DNA of 64,000 nucleotides from Haliotis cracherodii (lineage: Eukaryota). The notes under the pieces were generated by a model. It did no database searches. It was not told the origin of the DNA and saw only the letters and a program-made list of their open reading frames with translations. Location of the stretch: positions 16,368,001-16,432,000 of the forward strand of contig NW_027266271.1 of the NCBI RefSeq assembly GCF_022045235.1. The letters run 5' to 3'. Position 1 is the first letter of the stretch; every line of letters begins with the position of its first letter. Below, piece after piece: positions 38,002-52,101 of the stretch. Position numbers and translations under genes: made by a program.

Positions 38002-40373
38002 AAGTGATTCGCAACAAACATATTCTGCCCCCAACAAAACTCCCAGCCTTCCTACTACCTTGGTTCCTACGGTCTGAAAGTCATCACTCTGTCGAGACAA
38101 CCGTACACTCCAACAAAAGATTAAAGTGTTGATAAGGATGCAACCAGGTCCATAACGTTGCCTGTACATTGAGGATAATTCGAGTTTCTAAAGTTCGATT
38201 TAACGAATCTTCACCATACATAACTTCATGTCACTGATATTTCGAAAATGACACGTGAAGATCTGTGTTAGAATTGGTCTTCTGCAACCCGTGCTTGTTG
38301 ATAGAGACGACTAACGGGACCGGGTGGTTAGGCTTACTTCACTGACTTGGTCGATGCATGTCAACGCATCTCAGTTGCGTAGATCGATGTTCATGATGTC
38401 AATCACTGGATTGTCTGGTCCAGACTCGAACTAAAAAGACCGCCGTCATATGGCTGAGTATGGCGTTTAACCTACAAAAAAATCTTTCGAAAATAACAAC
38501 ACATACACGTTTTACATTTTAATGTCTTACATATTGTGTCAAAATACAATATTTACAATAACTGAAGTCAAATTACAATTTCAAATATACAAGCCACATG
38601 TACAACGCATTTAAAATCTCATACATGTTCACCATTATCTATTGAAAACGTCAAGCATATACAGTTTGGGCGATGGTATATGCATCATATATGTGCAATA
38701 ATTTCCGGAGATATATATGTATATATATGTTCCTAATGGAATGCCGTTAGGAGGTAAGTGTCACAGTATATCACACGGCGGTAATTAGATCTGTGTATGT
38801 GTGTATGTGTGAGTGTGGTTTTACTTCGCTTTTAGTAATATTCCTTCATAACCACGGCGGGGACAGCAGAAATGAACACATTGTACCCATGTGGGAATTC
38901 GAACCCAGGCCGTGACGGGCTAACGCTTTAATCACGAAGCTATCCCACCGCCCGGTGTGAACGATACATTCTCTCTGCGGAATTAAGGAAATCATTATCT
39001 TACATAAAAAGTATGTAAATCAGTAGACTATTTTCAAGGACTTGAAGGAATTGTGCTAGCTCGACCAATTAGCCCGAGCCTGGTCTCTATAAAAACTTGT
39101 TAAATATAGTTTTGATGCCAAGTACATTTCATGAACATTCTGATAGGGAATAATTGCATTGCAGAAAGAGTATTATCTACTACCTAAATCACCACACCCA
39201 ACCCTGTACACGTTGGGCTTTGATCTTTGGAGTGAGTGAGTTAGGTTTTACGCCGCTTTTAACAGTTGGTACCATATTGGGAATCGAACCCGGGTCTTCG
39301 GTGTGACGAGCGAATGCTTTCACCACGTGCACTAGGCTATCTCAGCACCCCTTTCCTTGATGTACCGACACGATTTCATGAGCTTATATAAAACGGATAA
39401 TGGCTTATCTAAAATATGAGCAGTGTTCTGGCTTATCATTTTTGTTGGCACAATTCCGCATAAGTGAGTTTAAATACTGGTCGTACGTGATGGCTAAATA
39501 GATTGGGTGGGCAGGCTCGGTGACGGTGTGGATCGTTGCTCATAATATCAATAACTAGTTTATTGATTATTTACAGGCCGCTGTCACATTCTGGAGTGTT
39601 GCTGTTTGCAACGCTAAACATACAATACCGACAAAACAAACAACCTCGACACATAATGTCGATTGCCACAACTGGGGATAAATCAAGGAGTGACCGACTC
39701 GGTGTCTAAACGGAGGTATTCAAGATAAACTGCGGCATGGTAAAAACGCACGCACGCACGAACGCACGCACGAAAATTAAAAATATGAGGTTAAGTCTCC
39801 CACTCGCCTTTACTTGTTAACCATATACTATGGCCGGACAAACACAAAAATGGACACCAAACATAGTTGAAAGTTAGAAAATGTAGAATGCAAAGTAATT
39901 ATATCGTAAGTTATCCAAAGACATTTCACAATGATTAATGAACAAGAATCCATAGCCATGAAATATGACACATGGAACAACTTCTCAGTGCGTACACGGT
40001 TTGCCAGTTTATTATGGTCTGAACGCTCTAACTCACGTAGGGCACAGACGTTCACATTACTGATTAGACCACCGAGGATGGATGTGCTGACAAACAGAAT
40101 CGCAATCATGGTGAGTTTTTGATTCAAAGGTTTAGTCAATGGGTACTTGTACAATTAAGGGACGCAACTCTGCATTGCGACTTGCGGTAGCAGACATACT
40201 TCGGCAACCTATGTCCGCTCGTTAAATGCGTTGCATGTGTGTATTGACTCAATGGAATCATTTTTAACCCACCACACAACAATCTCTACTCTGCACTGGC
40301 AGCCGCACAAAAACCATTTTCACTGAATACATAGCCAGTGTAGTCCAAGTGTCTACTGACATACAAGACCATT

Positions 40374-42469
40374 TCAGAATTGTGTAGTTTGTGCGCCATG
40401 CGGCTCAAACATTGACACAAATGTTGCACCATTCCTATCCGTTGGTCCATTTCCCGAGCCTCCTTGATCTGTAAACCTCGAATCCCTTTCACGATCCTTC
40501 AACCGTTTGACCTTTCTTGCAAAGTCTCTTCCCATCGTCCCTGGCATGACGTCACGTATTTCAGAATATATTGGATCATCTCCTCCACTCCATGGTATCG
40601 CCCCTTCATTGGGTACTTCTACCTGTGACCATACTTTATTGATGGCTGGTGTATAGAATCGATTTCTCAGCCCTCCATCAAACTGCTGATACCGCCTGGA
40701 AGGACGAGGTACATTTAAATCACGATCTCTGTTAAAGTTTCTTGTTGTTCTCGAAACGGAAATTGGCTTCATTGTAGATTTGGCAAGGTTTACTCGTCTG
40801 GACCGTGCTAAGTCTCTCATGGTTTCTCCTCGTTGTATGACAGAGCGCATTCTCTCCTCTCGTCCATCTTCTTCCTTGTCATCATCTTCATAATCAGGAA
40901 GAGGTTCCAATTCGTGTCTCAGTGTTTCCATGATCTGCTCCGTGTCTGAACTGAACTTGGTTGAATCTGTTTGATCCGTCCTAAGATTGGTCATCGATAT
41001 GAGATGAAGGAACGTTTCCCAGCGATGTAGCAACATTCCCAAAAATTGGATAATTATCAGTATGGTGAAGAATGCAATAAACAAGAGCCCAAGGATACCA
41101 ACTACAAGTTCCTGCTGCTTGCCACTTTCGTCCTTATATGGGATGCTAACTCTGAGAACTCGTTTCCACTGGAACATGAAGTTGATAGCAATCCATAAGC
41201 TGTTTAACATTATCATTGCAAAGCAGATGCTGTCTCGCAATTCAATTAAACCCTCTTTTATTTGCTTTTCCTTTTGCTCATCTTTATCTATTGGCTTCAG
41301 ATATTTTGCAATGAAGCTTTCCCAGAAACCTTCTTCAGTCTCACACAGCTGCATGACAGGACCTTTTCCGAACGCAGTGTCTTCTACCCAGTGTTTTCCA
41401 GAGTAAGGATCAACTTCTTCAGGTTCATCGTCGTCCTCCTCTTCTTCTTCCTCTTCCTCTTCTGAATCTGGGGACTCATAGGGTGTCACACTAGTGGGCG
41501 TGTCGTTCGTGAGGTCATCTTCGGGTCGAGTGATACCAATGTTGCCGTGACCAGACTGCTCTGCGATCTTAACAATAGTTTCATTTATCAGCTTCAACTG
41601 TTCTACAATTGCATCGTTTGAACTGGTCAACTTTGGCTTCAGTCCATCGAGAAGTTGTTTTAATTCCTTAATGTAGGTGGAACTAAAAAAGAGTCGGGCA
41701 AAAAAGCCATCCTTTTTCTTTGCCTGCTCCTCCTTGTCCTTCAATGCTTTTTTCTCGGCTGCGAGTTCTTTCTTAGTCTTTCTCTTGGCTATTTCCCGTG
41801 TTCCCCAGGAAACATTGTTGAGGTTGCACAGTGAGTAGATAAATAGCAGTAGGTAGCCAGTCGGTATGCAGAGAAAGTACATAAAACAATGAGGAAGGCA
41901 GTTCAACTCCTTCCAATGTAGCACTCCTCCTATAAAAAACATGGCGAAAAGGAGCACAGAGAAGATGACACTCGGGTGCAGAGGGCTCTCTTGGTAGGCT
42001 ATAATTACAGTACCAGCAATGACGGCCATCATGACGAACGAGTACGCAGCACTCAACACAGCCGCAACGATTAGCTGTACTTTTGATGGAGTTGTAAAAC
42101 AGATGACAATATACACAGTTGGAATAGATATGGATATTGCATAGCACACGATAAGCTCCAGTTTGAACACTGACTGGATGGACCCTGCAATCATCATGAT
42201 GACAGTGCCTGGTCCCAAGACGGTCCCTGCCATCATCGCCATCTGGTATACTATGTACAGGTAGCTGATGTTGGAGTTGCGAGCGACAGTTGCTTCAGAT
42301 GATGACAATAGGTCCATGATGTTGGCCAGGGTGGAAGGAGTCCAGCGTCTTCTCTGGTTGAAGAACTCATTGAATCCTTCTGGGGCGTACGTGTAGGCAT
42401 CAGCGGCAGCGGCATAGTCCACTCGGTACCCCTGCTGGAGCAGCAGCGTGCACAACCATCGGTCTTCAC
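40374..42469 (-). CDS. CHS: CHS-B last exon (GEDRW, QRRRW, TM helices, WGTRE, coiled coil, C-terminal tail)
   Basis: ORF 40374..42590; acceptor AG at 42471-42470. Confidence 0.96.
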
Positions 42470-45400
42470 CTGGGACAAGGAAACCAACATTACATATTCT
42501 GAACGTGTGTTCTATTTCATATAGATTCATAAACACATGCTGATGTTGACTTTGTGGAAAGCTCACAATAGCCTGTGCCTTTAGCAGCAATTTGTTATGA
42601 TTACGAAAAGGGTTTGTGGCTCTAATTGAATAATTGGCTGTGCAAAACCGTATGTTTTCGAATACGTTCTACACATAGTCATATATGATTTCATATATAC
42701 ATGAAAAGGTCTTAAGAGAAGATTAGGTATCAGACAGAAGTCTCAAACGGTTGTATATTTTATGTTTATGGGGCGGTGGGGTAGCCTAGTGGTTAAAGCG
42801 TTCGCTCGTCATGACGAAGACCAGAGTTCGATTCCCCACATGGGTGCAATGTGTGAAGCTCTGGTGTCCCCGGCCGTGATATTGCTTGGTACTTAAAGCG
42901 GCGTAAAACCATATTCATTCATTATAATGCTTCTTTGAAAGTTTCAGTATGAATGATCATAAACTCTTTAGATGCCGAAAAGATGGGTTCAAAAATACAT
43001 TCGTAATGTTTCTCATGTCTTTTGGCCCTATGGACTGCAGGACTGAAGGTGTCTCTGCAGCATTACCTTGATCGTATTGTAAGTAATGCCCCGGTTCAGT
43101 CGGCATTGTTGTGTACTTCCTCATGATGTTGTTGTCCATTAGAGCCGAGGCTCTGAAGAGGGAGAAGCACCCAGGACTGCAGAGAACACATCCAAGGACA
43201 TGCTCAGCAGATTTCTGTAGCCAATGACCAACAGCATACTCAAACATCTGGTACCAGACAAGGGGCCCTGAGAAACCAGAAAAGACAACATGGGTTATCA
43301 TAACAAAATACCTAAAAATATATGTTTGTAGGGCACAAAGGAAATTAGGTCTTTTCAAAAACAATTATTGAAACTAAAATTGATGTGTGAGGAACCCTTT
43401 TTATTTTAATATAAATATCGAACAAACATAACTGGGCACACATTGATTTCGGCTCTTTAATACAATGTCAGAATGGATAACACAGTCTGTTTCGTAGGAC
43501 GCAGGAATTTTGTTTTTATTGGCAACAAGAATGACTGACGAGCAGGATTTAAACTGACGAGCTGATGCCCAAGAATTCGTTCCTTTTATAATATACTGTT
43601 CCCCTCAAAACAATATTTTTTCCTTTTATCTCTTGAGTGTATACTTCCAGCATCTGGGGAATGCAAACAAACGAGACAATACACTTTTTTCCATAATAAA
43701 TCGATTCCCACCATTTCCTGAGCAAGTGTTTATGAATCACTATCAAATAGTGACGAAAGAAGTGAGCTTATCCTGACCTTACTGTTGGCACCCATCACAA
43801 ACATGCAAAGCCAAGTCAGTTCAGGTAAACATACGGGGCAATAGGTAAAAGTCAAAACATTGGTAATCAGCTGGTTAGCATAAGTGAAGCCCAACTTCAA
43901 CCTATTGGGTGGATTCTGCCACACAGTGCAGCTAGGTACTGAAGCCACACCTGATCCTGGTCGTGGATTCTGCCACAAACTTCAACTCAGTACTGAAGTC
44001 CTACTTGAGCCTATCGAGTGGATTCTACCACCAACTTCAACCTAGTACTGAAGTGCTACCTGAACTTATTGGGTGGATTCTACCACACACTTCAACCTAG
44101 TACTGAAGTGCTACCTGAACTTATTGGGTGGATTCTACCACACACTTCAACCTAGTCCTGAAGTGCTACCTGAGCTAATCGGGCTGATTCTACCACCAAC
44201 TTCAACCTAGTACTGAAGTGCTACCTGAACTTATTGGGTGGATTCTACCACACACTTCAACTCAATACTGAAGACCTACCTGAACCTATCGGGTGGATTC
44301 TGCCACACACTGCTGCCACCTTTTCGTTGTGCATCTTGTCCAGCAGGATTCTCACAGAGCTGGGGCTGAAGTCAGTGTCTCCGTCAAGAGCCAATACGAA
44401 CGTGTTCTTGGTCTGTAAGAAAATTCGAAATTTGAAAAATCCGGTAAATTATAAGCATACAGAAATTATATTGTTTCTCTGGTTTGTAAGGGAATAGCTA
44501 CGACTGAAACAGAAGGGCAATCTAATTTACATAGTAACATTCCTGATAACATCACCGATCCTTCCACATAACCATTGCATGATTTGAAAAATGCTAATAC
44601 CTTAAATAAACGTGACTGTTATTTCGAATGCCTTGGCTTTATTTCGGGCTAAACTAACGGGCAAGAGAAACTTATCACCTTGTTCTTAGCTCCATAAAAA
44701 GAAACAAAGACAGGTGTTAACAATATGATGATTATTTTAGTGAAGGAAATCCGTACAAAATAATAATGCCATATCGATAGCGGCACTTGCCACGAGGTCG
44801 AGCGAAAGAGAATGGGGTCAAAACAAAACATGACAGAGTCAAACAGAGTCCACTCAGGTGCTCATAAAGTCAAATCATGTGACAAGACATGTCCCTAGTA
44901 GCGTGTGTGATCACCCCCTGCACCCTACCCTTTTGAGATCAGACAGCGCTACGACACGAAAAGTGAAAAAGTCGGATTACTATCCTAAATTATCTAGAAT
45001 GTCCTATCATTGTCTGAACGCAGTCGTATACGTTCGTAACAGAGTCCTACGGATCGAGAAAGGTCCAGAGAGGTCGGCCAAGCACTCCCGACAGTATGGC
45101 GCGTCCCGAAACATTCGGAAAACAGATTCTGCTGTATCGGATCAAAATCGTAATAATGACCTGTGTTGTCTGGACGATGTCCTGTGGATCGGCACGCTGT
45201 CGTGATGAACGGGCATGAATAATATTGTTCATTGCCACGAATTACAGGATCTTGATCAGACTTTTGACAAATTTTAATCGGGAATGGTGCTATCAAGGAC
45301 GGCAGTTAAAGTCCTGAATGTGTGACTGAGCCCTTACTCACCTTCTTCTGGACATCTAAGCTGAAGAGTTCTGCCACACCATCTTTGTTCATTATATCTC

Positions 45401-48400
45401 TTTCCCGGGCCTTCTTTACGATCTCGTCTTCAGACTCCTTCAATAGCTGATAGCCCAGTAAGTAGTACATGTACATCACCTGCAACCAAGCACCTTGCTA
45501 TCAGTTTGTACCGCCAATAACGTTCGGGGGCGGTGGTGTAGCCTTGTGGCTGAAGTGTTAGCTTACCACCCAGGTTCGATCCTTCACATGGGTACAATGT
45601 GTGAAACCCATTTCTGGTGTTCCCCGCAGTGATATGGTTGGAGTATTGCTTAATACGGCGTAAAAATCATCACTCATTCACTATTTAAGGCTTTAATGCA
45701 TCACTTATCCGCAATGCAAAGATGTCATCCGAAAGCAAAGTATTCAAGTGCCTGTGGGTTTCACCAAAGCGATAACATAACATGAACTGGTGATATACAC
45801 AGATTATACGAGTTTAAAGATTCACTGACAGTTATATTGATAATATGTACATTTTAGACTCAATACTAATAAACCTCACTGAATTCATGCAATGAGTGAT
45901 GAAGGAAAACGCATCATGGGGAACGTCCCACGAGCATTACTATAGTGCTGAGAAAACCAAGGGTCATAATAGGACGAATCTGGGATCCTGGCGCGTCTAA
46001 GGGACGCAACTCTTTGCGTCAGTTTTGTGCTTTTCACAGCTAGGCCGCGGCCTTCACCGTTAACTATAATCAATGGCTAGTAATTACCTGTGACCATCGC
46101 TTCCTGTGCCGAATCTTGTTTTTATCCTTGATGTGGACATACAACAGATTCCCGCCAGGCAGCTCCCAGATCAGCTGGGCCCCGTACGGAGTGACTACCT
46201 TGTAGGGATCGTGCGTCTTCATATACTTCTGATGAACAGCACTGAAGATGAAGAGAAGGAAACTATTGTAACCCATGTCTACATTTACTCGCCTCCCAGT
46301 GATGATTTCCAGGTAGTAAATATAAAAACTATTTTTAGTTCCAAATATTTACCCGTTTACAGACAAGGCTGATCGTGCGATTTGCCACCTGGGCCCACTT
46401 GCACAAAGCGATCTTAGCGCTAAGACTATTGTAAGTCTATGCTAAAGTATGGGAGTTACGATCATCTTAGCCTTAGCCTTAGCCTTGTCCTTGAAATGGG
46501 CACTCTGGAGTTTGTCCCTAATCTGCATCCCTAAGTACGTGTAGGCCTGACCTTCCATGAGATGGTCAATAACTCCTCCTCTATAAATTATTATCATTAT
46601 CATTATTATTATTGTTGTTGTTGTTATCATTTACGAAAGGCAAAATGTTTAGGTGACTTATATCGTTGACAATCAGGCCCCTTAAGGAACATACATGTGC
46701 CCATTACACTGAAGAACTAACAAGTCAACCACACAACTCAGAACCATAAAGTACATCATGCATCACTACACTTGCTGCAGACTCGTGAACCCTTCAAGAG
46801 TTTACAATGATGACTGTTCTGGAAACTTACCAGCTTGCATCATCCATGACGTTCACCAACATCTTTACGAACGGGTTTACTTGCCATTTTTCATCCTCGT
46901 TCAGCTCAAGTGCATCGTCAAAGAAAATGTGGCCTACAGCATAACAATGACACGTATTATTGTTTATCTGAAACGATATCATTAATGATCTATACCTAAT
47001 GGAATGCACGTCTGTAAAACAATTAACCCCTCGGGTAGTCACGATGTGGCATCACTTTTATATGTTGAAACGCTGACTTGTCCATGAGTATCAGGAAGAC
47101 AATCTCATCAATGGTGTTAACCTCACCATCATGATGTACGTCCTCGTTGACAGTTTTTGTCATACTAATAGTCGCATAAATATTTTTCACAAGGTTTTTG
47201 ACTGATTCGGAATGGAAGCGGCTCTCAACGCAACATCCGTGTTTCGGGTAGCCTAGTGGTTAAAGCGTTCGCTCGTCACGCCGAAGATCCGGGTTCGATT
47301 CCCGACATGGGTACAATGTGTGAAGCCCATTTCTGGCGTCCCCCGTCGTGATATTGCTGGAATATTGCTAAAAGCGGCGTTAAACCATACTCTCTCACTC
47401 ACTCACTCACTCACATGCGTGTTTCAATCTTTACCTTCGAAAGAGGTTGTTGAACCAAAGTAACAATGTTTATAATCTGAATCTTTTACGCAACAGGTGC
47501 GCCTTACAGTTGTTGTTTTTAAATCAACGAAAATCATATTAAGAATCAACGCAAGAGAGGCATTCTGGAGCGCCATACTGCTGATCACCAGAATAACATC
47601 TGGTAAGTTACAACAAATCTGTCTATACTCGAGATAGAGAGCAATAATGATGCAAAACTGTGAGAGGAAATGAACCTTGAAAGTTGAATCTGTCTGCGAC
47701 AGTTTTCCCTGGGTGTAAATATGCGAACTGTTCCCTTTCGGCCTGCGCTTTGTCCAATCTGAAACAATTGACATTCATTTCATCTTTTGTTGTACAGTAA
47801 ATCTTACATTAACACGATATTTCTGAAGATGTGTTTTTAGATTTGCGGGTGTTTAAATATTGATTCGATGCCCAGAATAACACAGTTCCTTACAGGTCAT
47901 CTATAGCAAGAACAAAACAAACAATTATGATATATTCGGAATCTAAAATGCAGGCTACAATAGGTCTTCAGCAACCTATCAAGAGGCGACTATGCTTGTA
48001 GTAAGAGGTGACCAACGAGATTGGGTGGTGACGCTGGTGCCTTGGTCGGTGCATGTCATTATATCCCAATTTCGCAGATCGATGCTCATGATGTCAACCA
48101 CTGGATGGTCTGGTCCAGACTAAATTATTTAAAGACCGCCGTCATATTGCTGAATGCGGCGTTAAACAACAAACAAACAAATAAACTTTGCTTTTAGTAG
48201 AGATTTGTTATGATTATGGAAACATAATGTATGAAACGACTGAAGATTACCTGAATAAGGACTTCAGTAGTTGCGTCATTTCCGTCTGAGTCTCGTGCCA
48301 CATGGTTGCACATGCAAACACAGAGGGGACATCCAGTGAATCTGTATCCGTCTCTGCATCCGACTGAGACGTCGTGAGCGTTGGTTTTGCAATAAAATAG

Positions 48401-51400
48401 TGCATCTTCTCATCATCTTCGAATTCATAGATAACCTCATTGTGGCGACGTCGGTTCAGCAAAATATTCTCGAATGTTAGTATCCCACAGTAAAACGGGT
48501 TCATGAACAATCTAGAAAGAAAGTTTTTCGTGAATAGAATTAAGGAGAAAACGTAGATACATTTTCTATGTTTCACATTTTAAGAGAATCAATTTCATTT
48601 TTACTTCTTAAATGGGGGGTGGGTGGTGGTGGGTGTGTGTGTGGGGGGGGTGGGGGGTGCCCAGTCGTCTGAGGCGCCGCGATTCGCTGTGCAGGGTTGC
48701 GTCCCTTGGGACCCGGATCTTCACAGGTTGTTTCACATTCTACCCACAGGGGAATCAAACCCAGATCTTCGGGGTGACGTGCGAACGTGTTAATCACTCA
48801 GCGTATCTACCGGCGCTGGAGCAAATAGGGGAGGATAGTTAACAAATATTGTGAAGGAATACAAGGAATAAATATACAACCTGTCATATTCCTCCAGACG
48901 TCCCTGCCTTGGGAACCAAATATGCCTCGTTATCCACAGCAGCGACAGGACCCAGGCTATGCTTAGGTAGTACATGTACGCGACATCAGAAGCTAGTTTA
49001 CAGGTTTCCTGGTGTCCTGGGTAGAATGCAATGACCTTGAAAGGAACCCACTCTTTCTCGCAATGTATTGTAAAAAGCCCCTGAATCACGAAGATGGAAA
49101 GGGTTGCGGGAAGCGCCAACGATATTCTCTGCATCTGCAGCTTGCATGCCAAGAAACTTCCATAGTACAGAACAAATCCGCCGATCGTCACTGATAGAAG
49201 ACTTGAAAATCTGGCAGGATCTAAGTACAATTGGTCAAAGAGTTCGAAAGTGGTAAGAAGTTCACGGTTAAGTCTCCCAATCTCCTCGCCCATTTGCAAA
49301 TACGCTACTCCGTATGCAAAGGAGCATGTGATGATGATCTTCAGAATGCCAACTATCATAGACACAGCGTATCTCCCTTCACTTAGTTGATACCGGATTT
49401 GCAATAATTTGTTGATGACAAGGTTGTTGAAATGCTTCCTTTCGGGTCTGCCGCTCAGCGTATGGACACGACCATCGACAAAGTTTTCCCAGCATTGAAG
49501 TGACGTCAACAGGAAGGCACAAATCACTCCAGGGAAGTCAAGACTTTCATTTGCGACATTTATCTTGGTAATATCGACTTTCTTCCGTTGGCTAAAATTG
49601 TACAGAAGCATCATGGGGATGACTGATAATTGACAAAGGAGCGCAATTGCATCCAGAAAGGCCTTCATGCCTCCTCGGCTTTTGGATTCCCCGTGTATGG
49701 TCTGTGATGAGCAGATAAGTAGAAGAAGTGCAGGTATGATGTTGGTGGCACTGAGCAGAAGGGATCCCGATATGATGTCATACCTGGGTAGCACCCAGAA
49801 GACAAGAGCACACAGTCCCACAGAATGAAGGGCCTCAAACAGCAACACCTTGAGAAGAGACACAGCTTGTACAGATTTACATAAGGGTTAACAGTCGGGC
49901 AAAAGAAAGTATACACTTGTCTGTGACCAACTACAGACGTTATCAAAAGGCTGGAAACAGTTCCCGAAACTTAAGGTTCAAAACACAACTATGATACCAA
50001 ATACATCACCATCGAATAACCATTTCTTGTTTGTTTCGTTTTAGCCACAATCAAGCTTCGGTGTCTACTTTAATTAAGCACAGCAGCTTAATATACTTCT
50101 TCATCCTGCGGCAGGCCCATGGATGGAAATCTTAGAATCGATTCGAACCATTGGCCAGGTCAGAAACGAACGTTGATCTCCTTTGTGACTAACCGTCAAC
50201 GTTCTGTCGATGCACAGCAGCCGTGGTCAAACCGAGTATGTTTAACGCCGCACTCAGCAATATTCCAGCTATGGACGGCGTTCTGTAAACAATTGAGTTT
50301 GGACAGACAATCCAGTGATTGATATCAAGAGCATCAATCCACGCAGTTGGGATACGATGACATGCATCAACCAAGTCAGCGAGCCTGATCCCCGATCCCG
50401 TTAGTTGCCTCTTACGACAAACGGGCCGCTGAAGACCAATTCTAACTCGGAGCTTGAAGTACACCAGCCATTCCAAGAACATAACCCGTGTATAAACATA
50501 GAGACAAGGGTGATAACCCACAAAGATACATTTATGGGGAATGCAGCAATTTGTATCCAACCGATATCCATTGCTCTTGAATACACTGGGTTGCGGTTAG
50601 GTATGCTCTGTGCACAAGGGGTTAACTTGAGAAAGACATAATGATATCGAATGGCGAGTGACAGTTCTGTGGCAAATATACTGCTAAAAACGTTAAGGAC
50701 CACCCGATTTTTTATGACCATAATTAATCAGTCATACCAAGACATATTAACTATAGTAATATGAAAGAATCGGGTGATCATTAACTCTTTTTGATAAGTA
50801 TACAACCAATATCTGTACGAACAGTTTCCGCAAAAACAAGCGATCCCAAGATGTAACGATTGTATCTCTGAATATTTCTTACCACAAGCCACGTGAGAAC
50901 TCCTGGGGTCGGAAACACCCCAAACAGCCATTTAAAGAAGGAGCCGAGTGAGCTCAACGCATAGGGTATGCACATCGCTATAATCAGGTAGACGTAATGC
51001 ACCAGGCGCATGTGATAGTGGTCATACTGTCTGGATACCACCTGAAATGAGACAAATAAATCTATTCATTCAATATGACAGGGGTTCGAAGGACACAATT
51101 GTATTGTGTGAATCCCATACACAAACATGCAGATACTGCAGGCGATTTCTATATTTACTTCCAAAAGAAGTTAAGGACCATCCGATTCTGTCATATTACT
51201 ACAGTTAATGCGTCATGGAATGAGGGGCTCTTCGGAAGATCAGTGGTTAAAGCGTTCGCTCGTCACGCCGAAGGCCCGTGGTTAGATTACCCATATGGTT
51301 ACAATGTGTGAAGCCCATTTCTGGAGTCCCCCGCCGTGGTATTGCTGGAATATTGCTAAGCGGCGTGGAAGCATCATCGTTTGCCCTGTCAATGTTAAGT

Positions 51401-51874
51401 GTAGTAATGTGAAGAATCGGATTGGCCTTACGTTTTTAGTTGTATATCAACGCTTGGCCTGAACCTCCCCTTGAACAAGAGTTGAAAAGCGGTGAGTTTT
51501 AAATAGAGTTCTGTTTCATGTCTCACCAGTTTGTTAGAGCTGTTGGTGGCAATGTTTGAGATTATGACCATGAGCCCAAGCCTCTGTGCCACGCATGCGC
51601 AAAGGATGATCACGAAGAGGAAGATGTAGACCAACACTTTCAACACCTTGAAGGTCATCTGGTCGAACGTTTCTTTCCGAATCACCTCCGTGTCGACAAC
51701 CCGGAATACGTCCCAGAAGCTGTAAGATACATGTGCACAGTGAGCATCGAGTATGTCAGCATGCAAAGTGTCAAGTATGGGTCTACCGTGGAAATTCGGG
51801 ATAAGATTAGAGGTACCAAACAACCTGGTTGTAAGATGCGACCAAATGTATCGGGTAGTCAGGCAAACTGTTGT

Positions 51875-51927
<53 letters not shown>

Positions 51928-52053
51928 CACCCACATCTTTAAACAATAAACCAAGTGAGCCTTATTGGTCTGCTCTGTCTTTGATACTAGGGATATATTT
52001 TGGAGCACTGTCTCTCATTCTCTTTCTCACACTCACTCACTCTCTCGCTCTCG

Positions 52054-52101
<48 letters not shown>

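Noticed and set aside
42470-42590. N-terminal part of the 738-aa ORF as a standalone gene start
   Set aside because: Intronic read-through upstream of the acceptor at 42471-42470; the ORF is the last exon of CHS-B.
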